Positions 1 through 13,071 of a DNA stretch of 64,000 bases are shown piece by piece. Position 1 is the first letter of the stretch. Each line of letters opens with the position of its first letter. Made by a program: the position numbers and the translations under genes. The DNA lies in NCBI RefSeq assembly GCF_030144855.1, contig NC_082731.1:25358001-25422000 (forward strand), read 5' to 3'. Source of the stretch: Hypanus sabinus. Its lineage: Eukaryota. The notes beneath the pieces were generated by a model. That model made no database searches. It was not told the origin of the DNA and was given only the letters and a program-made list of their open reading frames with translations.

Positions 1-196
1 AAATAGGTCGCATTTTGCAACCAGAACAATGCTAATGCTGAGGGTCCATGACAAATGTTAAGGACATCCGAAACATCGTTGCAGAGGACATTAATCACGC
101 CGCTGAAGTCGCATCTCGCACATTTATAAACGGACTATCAAAACATACCGGCCTCCAGGTTTCCGTAACTCAATTCATCTGACCCCTGCTAGAACG

Positions 197-239
197 ATGG
201 ACATCTTCCTCATTCTTATCCTTTCTACATGTTGGCTCG
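197..239 (+). CDS. TRAV/TRDV: TCR alpha/delta V gene, leader exon (L-part1)
   Basis: ATG at 197 encodes hydrophobic MDIFLILILSTCWL plus one G, then a GTGAGT donor at 240. The phase-1 junction joins in frame to the V exon at 1512 (G+CC = Ala). Confidence 0.85.
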
Positions 240-894
240 GTGAGTATCTTAGCACATTCGCAGGAGAAATTAAAAAAAGACCATTCAGTTTATTTTGGTG
301 CATATCTCTGTGAATTCTCAATTGTTTTTTTCATCTCGGATTAATACAATATTGCTGATATTAAACGAGTTTTATGGTTTGAACTCAGCAGCGAGACCAG
401 CAGTCTTGAGCCTTGTTTTTGAAGGTATTTTTCCCTGTTGGGAGTTCTACGCACCTGTACGCTGTTTAGCACTCCAGTGGTCAAGATGCTGTATGCTGTC
501 TATCGAAGTTGCTCCACAAGCCAAGGCGGCATGATATGGGGACAACCCTGATTCCCATGTGATTTACTCCGTCTCTGCACTGGAATGATGAATCGAAAAG
601 AACCGCAGGGGCCAATAGGGTTTTGCGTCGCAGGTGCTGGCAGTCAGCACTTAGCTCAATTTAATGTCTTTGAGACTCGAGTTGCCAGTTGTGCCTCCGA
701 TTTTACTGGGCAAGCCTTCCCGTGAGTCGTCTAGCCGATCGACAACAGAGATGTAAAAATGGTGTTTCTCTGTTTTTTTTGAATGAGCTACGAATCACGG
801 CTGACGAGCCACCCTTCCCTTTCAGGATTGTGCTGCTAACATCGGCTGAATCCGCAGAAATGTGCCTAGCACCTAAATTCACCTTTTTAGTTAA

Positions 895-1190
895 GGTGGC
901 ACGGCAATGGAATAATACGTACAACACTTTATAGTCCAGGTAACATGGGCTCAATTCCCAACGCTGACGTACGGAGTTTGTCCGTTTCCACGTGACAGGG
1001 TCGTGTTGTCGTGACATCTTCTTCTAGAGGTCCCCGTTTCCTCCCACGTACTGTTTAGAAGTTTAACTTGCCTTTGAGTTTATTTTTTCCAGTGATTTGG
1101 CTGGAATAAATTTGCGGATTGCTGGGCAGCGTGCCCCGAAGTGCCAGAAGGGCCTATTCTCAGTTGTATTTCAGTAAACTAGAAATAAAT
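895..1190 (+). mobile_element. tRNA-derived SINE (V-SINE/HE1-like) inside the V leader intron
   Basis: GGTGGCACGGCAATGG (A box-like), GGCTCAATTCC (B box-like), then GGAGTTTGTCCGTTT...GTTTCCTCCCAC, the core typical of V-SINEs, with an A-rich end. Recognised by eye. Confidence 0.6.
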
Positions 1191-1511
1191 AAAAGTACAG
1201 CTGCAATACACTGGCTTCCACCACGATTCATCACCAAGCAGGTGTTATGGAGAGCTCGCTCCCTCGGTTTTTTTCATTGCAGCGTCTGATCACAAACGGC
1301 ATTTATAGATACCCTGCAAGAATAAATCGATCTGCAGTTATTATTGTAAGCTGTTGCGTTTTCCACACAATTTGACGTGTAGTTCACTCTGTTCGTCAAA
1401 CGGTTAGTTATATAAGGTGTTATTGTGAAAAGTTTGAAAATTGAATAGTTATTCGCTGGCAGCGTCTAATGATCGTTAAGCTTTTCTCTTTACCTTGACC
1501 TATTTTCACAG

Positions 1512-1821
1512 CCCAGATTTCCACCCTTTCTGTCACTCAAAACCAGACTTTAGAAAGAAAAGGATCTGGTGAAATGGTGACTGTAAACTGTGCCTACAGT
1601 ACTACAAGACTCGACTATCACGTGCATTGGTACAGACAATCAGCACAGAGTAAACTGCAGTTTATTGTGTGGAAACGTTCCTGGAACTCAAAGGAAATGA
1701 AAGGACAGTTGTTACAAAAACGATTCGCTGCAGATCTCCACAAGGCGACATCTGTCTCCAGCTTAACTATCTGGGGTCTCCGTATTGAAGACACTGCTGT
1801 GTATTATTGCGCCCTGAGCCT
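1512..1821 (+). CDS. TRAV/TRDV: TCR alpha/delta V exon (germline, unrearranged, open frame)
   Basis: Acceptor TTTTCACAG at 1503-1511. Translation QISTLSVTQNQ...VTVNCAYSTTRLDYHVHWYRQ...SLTIWGLRIEDTAVYYCALS has the first Cys, WYRQ, LTI and YYC hallmarks of a V domain. The YYCAL end is typical of TCR alpha/delta V. An RSS follows immediately. Confidence 0.93.
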
Positions 1822-1860
1822 CACGGTGAATGAAACTACTTGCCTCCTAGTTCAAAAACT
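1822..1860 (+). promoter_or_regulatory. V(D)J recombination signal sequence, 23-bp spacer
   Basis: Heptamer CACGGTG (1822-1828), exactly 23 bp of spacer (1829-1851), nonamer TCAAAAACT (1852-1860). Consensus is CACAGTG / ACAAAAACC. Confidence 0.93.
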
Positions 1861-3019
1861 AGCTTTATCGCTGGTATTATAATCCTTTTTAGTATCTATT
1901 CGTACGGCATTGCAGATACAGGTGCCGTGACGCTAGAGAGAATATTTAAACCCGTTAACAGACAGATGGAGCGGAAACCAGATGAACTTCCGAACTAAAC
2001 GTCAGCGCCTTCTTCACGAAGCAAACGAGAAATGCAATAGATGTCAAATGTCAAGTCTTCTACGAAGACCTGCACCATCTTTGTGCTGCAAGTAACACCA
2101 GTGTAAAAGGCAAAGCAGTAGTTAATTACGGAATATTGAATGGGACAGCTGAGGGAACCAAATCACGGGACAAATGTATTTGAAGAGACGTCTTCCTGCA
2201 TAAAACGTCGAGTACTTAAACAAGTTAAACGCAGGAATGAAATATCGTTACCATGACTGCCTTATTTCTGGAAATGCCCAGTCAAATTAATAGGCTTCTC
2301 CTGATCACGAAATAGTTTCTCATGAAATTTATTTTGTACTACTGTAAACCTACCTACCGTTGAAACAAACTCATGACACACGACATCTCTCTCGTCCTGG
2401 AAACATCACCAGTGCATAAGAAAATTAATCCACCTCTGTGTTAGACTACAGTTTATTGACAGTAACTCCGCATTGAATCCCATGATTCCAAGGGATCTTA
2501 TCGCACACACTTGGACATGGAACTCAATATGTCTGTTGCAGCTTGATCATTCATTTTCTGACAAACAGATGTCGAACAGTAAGGATAAACAGGAAGGACT
2601 CCTTCATGAATATCATGAACACTCGTGCGTCAGAAAGCTGCGTTCTCAGAATATCACTCTCATTTTAATCACTGTCGACACAGAATTACATGGCAATTCC
2701 CAGCTCTATCTCCATCTGTTCTTTTGCAGATAGCAACTGCGTAGGAGGCTATAACACAAATACGAAGGAGTTTAAATGCATTACTGAGATCGATTGACTA
2801 AGGATATACTGCCATTGATAAAAAAACAAACAAAAAAAAATTCCTCGGCGTTGCGTTAATACAAACGAAATGTAGCCAGTCATTGGCTTCAGGAGTACCG
2901 GTTTGGGATATGGTACATGTTTATGATTATCACAACTGTTATGAGCATGACAGTATTGAGCGATTCGCATAACTACAGGAAAATTTCACATATGGCCTGA
3001 TTGTTTCTGAATGTGTTGA

Positions 3020-3360
3020 CTCTATCCTCAACTACCTGAGGAGGATAAAGAAAATTCGGCATGTACCCATTGATACTTGTTATGCTCTACGGGTGCAGCA
3101 ATTAAAACATTCTGTCTGGATGGATTGTAGAGTAGTATAGCATCTGGAACCTCCAAAACCGACAGAAACACAATAACTATCCTCCCCGTCATTCGGTCTG
3201 CATTTCTCACAGAACGGAACAGCAGTCAATATTAACCAAAGACAGTTAGCACCCGAAAGTTCTCACAGACCTCCACCTTCCTACCTTGTATAAAATTCAT
3301 AAGACTTAAAAAACTTAGCACAAGTTTCAGGGACAGATAGTACCCAGCAATTTCCACGAG
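3020..3360 (+). mobile_element. Rex1/Babar LINE, decayed 3' RT fragment
   Basis: Broken frames read YLRRIKK / KFGMYPLIL...NILSGWI, resembling the Rex1 tail LYFLRRLKKFGMSP...ESILSGCIT. Confidence 0.5.
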
Positions 3361-4569
3361 ACGCATGCATGATATCTTTATTCCTTGACCTCACAGATAT
3401 CCACGTCATGACTTCGCCATTTATCGTCTCATTGCTCTTTAATTTGTAAGTGTAAAACCTTATTCAAAATGTTCTTATTGATTTTCCATTGGTCACCGTC
3501 AATGTAATTATGTGATCAAATGATGAATATGGTTAGAATACAAAGCATATACTTCATTGTGTCTCAGGATATGTGAAAATATTAAACCAAATTTAGCAAC
3601 TTAACAGTGCTGTGTGTGATGGACATCGTCAACTGAGGCAGTTTTCTTAGGAGTACAAAATCTGCCAGTGCCTCGACAAGCAACTGCATAGGAATATAGC
3701 GGTCAATGCAATCGACCGGTTAAGAGGCAGCTGTCATGCGGTGAATGAAAATTATGTAACGATTAGTGTCGATATGAAGTATCAAAATGACAGTGAAATA
3801 ACACATATTAGAGACAGGGTCATTGGTATTTGGTAAACCAAGGGATGAGTTGAATGATGATGAGTAGATCGAGGTAGGTATGCCAACAGGGTTGAATTGG
3901 GAGAGTGAGTTAGTTGAAGGACATAAAGGGCGGAAGAAAATCTATCATTCACTTTCTCTATCAGTCAACTAACAGTCACTCGGAACAGGTTTTGGGCACT
4001 TCTGCGTAGCGAGTTGATATTCTCATGACGGTTTCCTGAGATTATTGAATTATGCACGATTCACTGCTATATGGTTGTACATTCTATGAATCAGAGGCAG
4101 GTTTCAAGGATTACCTCGTACGTCCCTTGACTAAATTTCAGTCCTTTAGATCCATGCAAAGCAGACCCGCAATTCTGTCTAAGACAATAACACTCAGAAA
4201 GCTTTCAAACTGGAAATCGTATCGGCAAAAAGTTGAAAGACGCGGGACAGATTTGGGCAGTTGATCATATGCAGTTGGATCAAAAATTCAATTTTATTTT
4301 AATGTTGACCGTTAACTTCCTACCCTATCGAGACCGCAGCTAGATGTAGTAGTAGTAGTTTTTTTTCAGTTAAAAGGTGTAGTTGCAGGGCAAGGGTAAA
4401 CTGTTGGAAGTCATATTGGGCTTAGAAACAGGATGATGGAGATTAAAGGTCACACTTCCAGCAATAGGACGATATTTTAGAATGTAGATAATAGGAATCT
4501 GACAGCACAATATATACCCTTCGGCACACAAAGCTGAGCAAAACATTTCCTTACTTTAGAAATTACGTA

Positions 4570-4800
4570 AGGTTACACATAGCACTCTGGATACCCCATA
4601 TGCAGGGCACAGAAAGCTGAGTGAAAGTCAGGAGTAGGGAAGTGGTTAAACAGCCACTGCAGACTTCCCTTGTCCCAGCCCTCTCAGCAATAGGTATACA
4701 ACTTTGGATGCTGGTGATACTTTGGATGCATGAGATAGCGGATCAGCTCACAGCGGACAGGTCTCTACCACTGAGTCTGGCTCTGCGACTAAGAAGGGAA
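4570..4800 (+). mobile_element. CR1 LINE ORF1-region fragment
   Basis: AAACAGCCACTGCAG...AGGTATACAACTTT motif, closely similar to the CR1 ORF1 segment at ~16750. Confidence 0.55.
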
Positions 4801-4959
4801 CGGGTAGTGACGATGGGAGCAGTGGTGATAGCGAATTTGTTGGATGGGGGAACAGAAAGGAAAATATTGAGAGTTCTTAGTGGAATGTTGCTTCCCATGA
4901 CTATGAGTGCAACTGCGCTACTGCAGAGTTATATTTTTCTATGCTCCATGTAACTATTT

Positions 4960-5580
4960 AAGGAATCTCTTAAAAAAAGCTATTGTATCCGCCTCCACCA
5001 CCGTCGCCGGTAGTGCACACCACGCACCTACCACTCTCTGTGTGGAAACATTCCGCCTGACATCCACTTTGACACTTTGACATCCCTCCAAGCACTTTAA
5101 AATGTGCCCCGATCGGTTAGTCACCTGTGGCCTGAGAAAAAGCCTCTGGCTAGCCACATTATCAACTATTCTCATCATCATCTAAACCTCTAACAAGTCA
5201 GTTTTCATCCTCCGTCATTCTAGCGATAAAAGACGTAGTGCCCTCAGGGTATTGCCGTACATTACGTTCTTCAATCCAGGCAGCATCCTTAGAAATTTCC
5301 TGTGGACTCTTTCTATACTATTTACATCCTTCATGCAGTCGGGTAATCAGAACTGAACAAAGTACGCCGAGTGGAGTCTGAGTAAAGTTTCACATAGCTG
5401 TAACATTCCCGTACATCTATTGAACTCAGTCTCACGGGTGATGAAAGCCAACCGACCATAGGCCTTCTGAACAGAAATGTTAACCTGTGCAACAGCTTTG
5501 AGTGTCGCATGGACACGTACCCCAAGATCTCTCTGATATTCCATACTGCTAGCAGTCTTGCCATAAGCACTGTATTCTGA
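4960..5580 (-). mobile_element. CR1 LINE 3' end
   Basis: Minus-strand frames TQRVVGAWCALPATVVEADTI..FKRFL and YQRDLGVRVHATLK...LRLHSAY.VQF match the CR1 RT C-terminus. Confidence 0.8.
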
Positions 5581-6069
5581 CTTCCAATTTGATGCACTAT
5601 GTTCGGATATGGCCCAAGTGCGGTGTGACTGACACTAAAGCGGGTCGATATTTCACAAGCCTTAATACAAACATTGTTCAAGGGAGAAAAAAAAAACAAT
5701 AAACACGAGGCTAACAAAGCATCGTTAGCTAAACGTCCCAAATGGTGAACGAAGTCTCCACTGTAGCTGAAAAGAACAACTAAAAGTGAAATCAATACCG
5801 TTATTTTCAGAGTCAGTTGACCCGACAGTCCAATGTTTTAGGAAACGCCGAATGCAAACAGGCACGGAAGAGCTGCCATACTGTGCACAAGTCCCGATAA
5901 GCAGTACGACGACAAGTATGAAGTTAAATAGTATCACAATGAAATAATTAGCTGACAGGTGCATATTCACAGGCACAATTGCCGTATCTACTAAGCTGTC
6001 GAATCCGTGGTTCTTACACTTACTTAAATGAAATAATTCACAATTTTCTAGGTTGTAACATTTGACATC

Positions 6070-6560
6070 CCTCTGCGACATTCTCAGACGTTGTGTCATC
6101 AGCAAGCTGACCAACCCACCGTTCTACCTTTTTATCCACATCATTTATAAAAATCGCAGAGAGGAGGTGTCACGGAACAGATCCCTCCGGAACATCACTG
6201 GTCACCGATTGCCATGCAGAATACAAGCCCTCTACACCGAACATTTTCCTTTTGTGATGAATTGTGAATAAGCCAATTCTGGACGCACAATTTAAGCGCT
6301 CTTTGGAATCCACGCCTCCGTACTCTCTAAACGAGCCTTGCAAGGCTAAATTTATCAAATTTCTTACTGAAATTCAGATGCACTACATCCACTGCTCTAT
6401 CTTCAGCGATGTATTTTATTACATCCTCATAGAACATAATCAAGCTCGTTTGGCACGACCTGCCTTTGACAAAGCCACACTGATTATAACTAATCATTTG
6501 ATTTCTCTCTAAATGCTCAAAAAAACCTGTCTGTCAGAATTCCCCCCAAAAACTTTCCTT
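6070..6560 (-). mobile_element. CR1 LINE RT core fragment
   Basis: Minus strand carries WQSVTSDVPEGSV and a degenerate (F)ADDT motif. Confidence 0.75.
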
Positions 6561-6719
6561 GAAAGCGTAAGAGGGATAATTAAGTCAATTTTAACGACAT
6601 GTGAGTTATTAAATTAATGCAGGTCAGCTAAAGCTGTTCAATTGTTCAACAAAAACTTGAACATTAAATCGTGAATATTAGGCTGATTAGCCCAACTTCA
6701 GTAGTGAGCATGTAATTGG

Positions 6720-7990
6720 AACTATCCTCAAGGATGGGATGTGTGAGTAATTGGACAGATATGGACTGATTAACAATGGTCAACGCGGCTTTATGCGCGG
6801 TAGGACGTGTATTACCAAACTTATATAGGTTTTATAGGAGGTTACATGAAAATTTGCTGAAGGAAAGGTACTGAGTGTTGTCTACATGAACGTTAAGAAG
6901 GTAGTTGACAATGTCTCGTATGAATGGTTAGTCAAAATGATACAGTTGCTCGGCATTGAAAACGAGGCAGTAAATTGTATTAGACATTTGTTTTGTGGTT
7001 GAAGCCAGAGAATGGTAGTAAAGTAGTATCTCTGTGACGGTAGGTCGGTGCCTATTGGAGTGCCATATTGTTGCGCACATATGGTTGCCTGTCATCAATA
7101 TGCATGATGTATAACAATGTGCTTTTCTGGATAGCAAGTTTACGGATGACACCAAGATTGGGCGTGTCGTTGGTAGCGCTGATGCCTATCAGTACTTGCA
7201 GCGGGATCTGGTACAGCTCGGAAAAGAAGCTGAATAATGGGAGATGGAATCTAATGAAGGCAGGTTCGTGTTGCTGCACTTCGGCAGGACAAACCAGGGT
7301 ACATAGCAAGGTGAGCCAGCAGGTAACTATGAAGTGCTGCAAAACAATATCATTGGAGAATACAGACCCAAAATTCATTGAAACTATCTCCAGAGGGAGA
7401 TAAGTCCGGAAAGAAAGGTTTTCTCAGATTGGTTTTATTAAATGAAAATATTCAGTATAGGAGATGAAAGTGTTCCATTTGTATAAGGCACTGCAGTTTT
7501 GGTCACGTTCATACAGTAAAAAAAATCATGTAAATTTGAATGAGTGTAGTCATGATATACAATAACGTTCCTGAGACTGGATAATATGAGCTGAAGGGGT
7601 ATATTAAACGGTTCAGGACGTTATTCGCTAGAACGAAGACGATTAGTGGAAGAATGGATCGATATATGCAGATTTATTGAGGGAATACATAGGGAAAATG
7701 CAATCTTTATTTTTTAATTTCAAGGAAATGTGGCAGTATACCAGAGGTTAGGTTTTGAAACTGAAAGCAGAAATGTTCAAGGGAACGTGAGGAGAAATCT
7801 CTTCATTCAGATGCTTATGAGAGTGTGCAATGAGCTGCCAGTACAAGTGGTGTATGCAAGATTGATTTGAACGCTTAAGAATAGTTTAGTTAAGGCCATC
7901 GTTAGCAGGGATTGTAGGACTGTACGTCCTCTGCGGGTCAATGGGAGTAGGTAGTTAAAATGGTTGGCCGAATGGCCCATTTCTCTTCCG
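6720..7990 (+). mobile_element. CR1 LINE, decayed RT to 3' end
   Basis: Degenerate QHGF..GRSC, KAFDKV and KFxDDTKIG motifs plus the CR1 3' UTR. Ends ~400 bp beyond the GPCR stop, the same placement as the copy ending at ~19260. Confidence 0.8.
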
Positions 7991-8388
7991 TACTTTTCGT
8001 TTCTTGTTGCAACTGGACCATATAGAATAATCGAACATTCGAAAGGTCTAGTGCAGAAATTATTTTCCTTTTCAATATGCAACTCCTGGTATTTATTGGC
8101 AGTTGGAATGATCACTAACAAAATTGACAGTGGTACATGGAATGCCCTGCTACATTTGCCAGTACACAAAATATGAGAGCAAAAAAATAAAAAAAATAAA
8201 ATAAAAAAGCGCGATTAATGCTAGCTGGGAGGAGCTCTAAGTACCTTCATATTTCCAGCACATATTAAACGACAAATAGTATCGAACTCATCCACGTGGA
8301 AAATCATAAGAAAGAATATTGCACAGATGGAAAAACGTATATCAGCCCCAAATTTCTAAGAAATTCTTATTTTTTTCAATCTTGCTCA

Positions 8389-9296
8389 CTACATGAAACA
8401 TTTGCCCATGAGATTGAAAGGGTATTTTACAGCAAATTGCAAATTCTCCCTGAATTTAGATTGTGTACCCACATAAATGCACGTGTTAATGCAGGAACTG
8501 AGGATCTCCAACATATATCCGCTTTCTTGGAGGATAAACTGCGGCATATTAGAATTGGAACCAGTCACATAGTTATTTCTGGTAATTTGCACAAACATAA
8601 AATTGACAATATACGTCAACCGCAACAGAATAAAACTGCCAGAAATGGCCATGAGTAAAATGATAGACTTTCTCCTGCTCTCCAATTCGGAGTCGTTCCG
8701 GTTGTCCCCATTCTTCTGTGCCCAAAGCCTCCTCCGTGCTTTAATAGCCAAGAGAATGTACCTCACAGTCATCACATTAAGCAATAAAATCAGGACAAAG
8801 GGAAGACATGGATTTAAAATCAAGTGCAGCCACTCATAAAACCTCCATCCGGCTAAAGTATAAAATGTTTCCTTTAAGTTGCAATACCAAGGTACATTTT
8901 CAATGACATACATTGGTTCGTATGCAAAATAAAGCGGGATGTTTTTGCAACAGTCAACCATCCAAACTGTTCCAATAACGACAGAAGCGGTTTTCTCGGT
9001 GCAATATCTGAGCTTCAGTTTTTGGTAACAAATGGCAATGAACCTATCAAAGGTGAATGCGACCGTTAACCAGGCAGAAGCGTCTTTGGCAATCCAACTT
9101 AGTACAATTATAAGGCTGCAGGCTGGAGTGGCAGACAGCAAACTAGCAGGGAATTAAATTACCCGAAGTCGGCTAAATATCACAGCTGTAACAATAACGA
9201 AGAAATCCGCCACGGCCATGAACAAGAGGTAGCGGGAGATGCATTTCGAGAGTCCGCACCTCCTATATGACAGAATAAAAATTGTAGCCAAGTTAG
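8389..9296 (-). pseudogene. GPR139-like class A GPCR paralogue 1, exon 2 (nonsense TAA at 9156-9154)
   Basis: Acceptor TTTTTTTTAACAG ending at 9297. Reads ANLATIFILSYRRCGLSKCISRYLLFMAVADF...RLRVI*FPASLL...FDRF...NPCLPF...NTCIY...KCFM*. The TAA replaces the Tyr (TAC) of paralogue 2. Confidence 0.88.
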
Positions 9297-10437
9297 CTGT
9301 TAAAAAAAAGAAGTGATGGAAGGGTTATTAATAGTCTGTCTTCAACGTAGGTCACGAGATTGTTGAGAAGCTCTAACGAAGTCTATAACCTTAAGCAATA
9401 CAGCAGCTAAGGCTAACCGTTTATCAGTGCGTGTTGAGAATTGGAAGTGGCTCTTTCTATGAAATTTGTATAAATACCGTTCTTGGCAGTAATTATTCAA
9501 GTACATCTTCAAGCTGCCAAACATTAATGGGAAGCACACAAGTGTCTGAAAATCAAGTACATACAGACCCGAGTACATAACCTAGATTTAACCATAAAAA
9601 AACTAAATTATATTGAGAGATCTAGTTTGTTATAAGGCAAACTGATGGGGTGTCAGAATATTGGGTGGCGACTCAAGAAAACATGAACATCGATAGGTAA
9701 TCACGTTTCGCGGTTGAGCATTTACACTGATAGAGATAAAACTGGCAGAAAATATCTCTAGATATTTAATGTTACCGAGAGACTATTGTCAGAATGGCCT
9801 CAGATGAATAATTCAGAGGAAAGCAATTAAATTGTTATTGCTGGATTAGTTGCTGAGAATGTGAACAGACACAGAATATCCATGTCTTCTGTTAGGGTTT
9901 GGACAACAGCATTCGCTGTCTGTGTGAGGATCTGATTATGCATGTAATCATTAACGTAAATCTTCGTTTTGGAGGATAGTGACAGTCAGCAGCCAAAATT
10001 CATCTATCAATGACACAAAACGTAAACATTGTTTAGGCACGGTTAAGAAAGGTTCACTAAATAAATAGTTAATGTTGTTTTAATATACGTCTTACATGAT
10101 ATAATTTGGACGAACATATCTGAGAAGTTCACTTTAGTGAAATTTATTCTCAGCTTTACTCGAAATCATCGAGGAAGACTATGTAAAGGAACAGACTAAT
10201 CAATTTCGAGGCAGAATATATTAAAAGTAAATTAATTACACGAGGCGGGAGCAAATTCCACTGCGATATCATATAAAATGAATTCTGTCTCCTTTGTGAA
10301 GGGTCACTATATTAGGGAGCTTTTTTTTGCATAAAAAGATACTAAAGCACGCAATGAGAAAGGACAACCGACTGTGTCGGTAGCGGAGCGAGTAGCCGGG
10401 GAAGAACAAAATAACACAGCTCATAACTTATTCAGTG

Positions 10438-10725
10438 ACCATAGAACAATAGAACACTACGGAATCGTACAGGCCTTTCAGCCCTTCATGTTGTGCCGAC
10501 TAATATAATCCTTTCAAATGTTCTAAATCCACACTGCCGCATAACTTTCCATTTTTCTTTCATCCATGTGCTTGTCCAAGACGCTCTTCAATACCCGTAA
10601 TGTTTTCGTATCTACCACCATCCCTGGCAAGTCATTATAAGCGCTCACAACCCTCTGTTTAAAAACCTTTTGCTTTATGTCTCCACTAAACTTCCCTCCC
10701 TTAATTTTGTACCTACTCCCTTGGG
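10438..10725 (-). mobile_element. CR1 3' fragment in the intron of GPCR paralogue 1
   Basis: CATAGAACAATAGAACA...ACAGGCCTTTCAGCCC...ACCACCATCCCTGGCA is the reverse complement of a CR1 3' UTR. Not seen in the paralogue 2 intron. Confidence 0.7.
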
Positions 10726-10781
10726 AATGCGACGTTGAGAATGAGATTGTTATTAAATAAGTGTATATTTTATAATATTAC

Positions 10782-10851
10782 CTGGAGCTCCAAAAGTTGC
10801 AAGAATCGAATAGTAAATCGCAAAGACTAGTCCATTCCCAGGCGCATGCAT
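10782..10851 (-). pseudogene. GPR139-like GPCR paralogue 1, exon 1
   Basis: 70 bp encoding MHAPGNGLVFAIYYSILATFGAP+G with a GTAATA donor. Phase 1 joins exon 2 in frame. Confidence 0.85.
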
Positions 10852-10910
10852 TTTTGCTGAGTACCAACTGCCAGCAGGCTGCAACAATTAAACAGGCACG
10901 AAAGCATACA

Positions 10911-10918
10911 TTTTTATA
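10911..10918 (-). promoter_or_regulatory. Putative TATA box of GPCR paralogue 1
   Basis: TATAAAAA ~60 bp upstream of the ATG. TATAAAT sits at the same spacing in paralogue 2. Confidence 0.4.
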
Positions 10919-13071
10919 GCATGCTGTCATCTCCGTGGCAGCAATTCGGTTGCATCACCTTCACTGTTAATTACTTCAGAACTAACAAACAAATTAAAAC
11001 ATACATCGTCACACTTACAACAATCAAGCTATTATAATTAAGTAATATTATAGTTTATGTTTGAATCATGTGGAAATCTAAAATAAAGTAAATGCGCTTC
11101 ACCTTTTAAGTATTTTTAAATATAGAATGAATGGGAAAACCAGTGAAGATAAAATTATTTAAGAACCATCAAACAGCTTCCAAAATATCCTGTACTAGTC
11201 GCGATTAAAGAAAAACGGAGGGAGTTCACAACGAAGTGGTTAATTTACGGATTTTCTGGAAGAGACGGCAGTTTATTCATACACAGAATAAATATATATC
11301 ACGGTCCTCATGGATCCACATCTGGTATAGCGAGCATATACAGAAGTACCTCTCTTGGATAATGGTTGTGGGTAATGATTACGGAGATAGGAGAATGTTG
11401 ATTAATCTCGACAACTGCACAAGGCAATCTGAGAGATGTTAAATACTACCGTTTGTTGGTCTTTAGATATTGGCCACCCTGCAGGGACAGAGAACAAATC
11501 TGTGAAAACTAGATAACATCATGTTTCCATATGTGAAATATTTTTCTGGAGAACTTTGCAATTTATTTCAGCTGATGCACGATCAACAGTGAAGGAGATT
11601 TAAATAGTTACTATATCAGGAGCTAGACCACAGGAGAATAAAAAAAAGGTGATTTTGCGGTGTCAGTGGCTTCTTTTCCGTGCAGTATGCAGCAAGTAAT
11701 TATTTCAACTGATTAACAGTAGTGACATTTCAGATCAAATATACAATTTAAAAGGCAAGTCTGTTTGGGTTATTACACAGCTAAATTTATTCTTTTGTTT
11801 GGACTAAGTCTTGTGCTGAGAATAGAAGCATGTTCTTCAGGATCTCCTGCTATTTGTTCATATTTGTCTCCATTTGTCGTGTATACCTCGCATTTGACGC
11901 TAGTCTTCGTCAGGCTTGCAATTAATATAGAATCACAGAATCATACAGCAGAATAGCAAGTCTTTCTGCCTACCTAAATCATCCCTATCGTGAAGTATTC
12001 TTCTACAAAAACACATACAATAAGTATAAATACTTCTCCTTGCAGATACATACAATAATCATAAATATTTCTTATTGCAGCGCAAGTTTACTTATTGTAG
12101 CAGAAAGAGAGACAATTTAATATATTAGCCGCATGGCAGTTCCTACGGAGTCAAGCCTAATAATCCAATATACTGAACAATTTTCTCACATCTCAAACAA
12201 CTCCCCGCTGTATATGTTTTTTTTCAAAAATCGCTCATCTCGTACAATGTAACTGATTGTAGCAAAATGATCTTCCTCTCGACCCATCACTTCTTGTACT
12301 CCTTTGTAATCTTATTTGTACTTTAGACCATACGAAATTAGAAGTGACTCCTGTAGAAATTTAAGCCCTCCAAAATAGAAGGGACAGAGTCTAGAACTTG
12401 GATCAACTTCGGTATCCAGGATGTTTGAGCCAATAGTAAAAGGCGCTATAGAGCTGAGACAGCTATTTTGTTCCACCACCCTTTCCTGGATGGATATAGA
12501 AAAATAAAGTGACATGCATGACGGATACAGAATAAAAATGAAGACATGAAACCAGAGAACACATAAAACAAAAAATACGTCAATTGTGGGGAAATACTTT
12601 TATTATGAGGTAATTAAAAGAGGGCATGGTTCTAGTTGCAATAATAATGCATTCATTCTTTGCACAGGATTCAATGCCCAGACTATGAAAGTCATTCCGT
12701 TGCACATAGTGAAGATGAAACGCTTTTTATTCTTGCGAACAAGGATCTAAACAAAACTTTGGCAAAGCGTTGGGCGGATAATATTTTCTGAATATCACTA
12801 TTTCATGGGACATGATTCGGAATAACGGTCATGAAAAATATAGCATGCAAAGTTGCCAAGTTCCAACTAGAAAGTAGCAAATGGGACGACATTGCATGCG
12901 ATAATGCCAAGAAGGAGTAGCATCAAATCCTTAACAGATATAGCATGATGTCTCTGAGTCCAAAAAGCAAAATTACTGCCACAAATTTGTATTTGTGTAC
13001 TACTTTTCAAACACATTCATAGATTGCTCTCGTCAGGAGAGAAACACCTAAATTGATTTTAATTAATTTTA

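Noticed and set aside
1268-1310. Strong-looking alternative acceptor TTTTTTTCATTGCAG in the leader intron
   Set aside because: Splicing there gives a stop after eight codons, and nothing in the sequence shows it is used.
197-1860. That the V is a NAR-TCR, supporting V-delta or IgH-like V segment
   Set aside because: It has its own leader, only the two canonical Cys, WYRQ and a YYCAL end. There is no extra CDR1 Cys and no IgH-type WVRQ/YYCAR signature.
3300-3370. Minus-strand MHASRGNC resembling GPCR exon 1 (MHAPGN)
   Set aside because: Similarity stops after a few residues, there is no donor at 70 bp, and the DNA fits the Rex1 3' tail.
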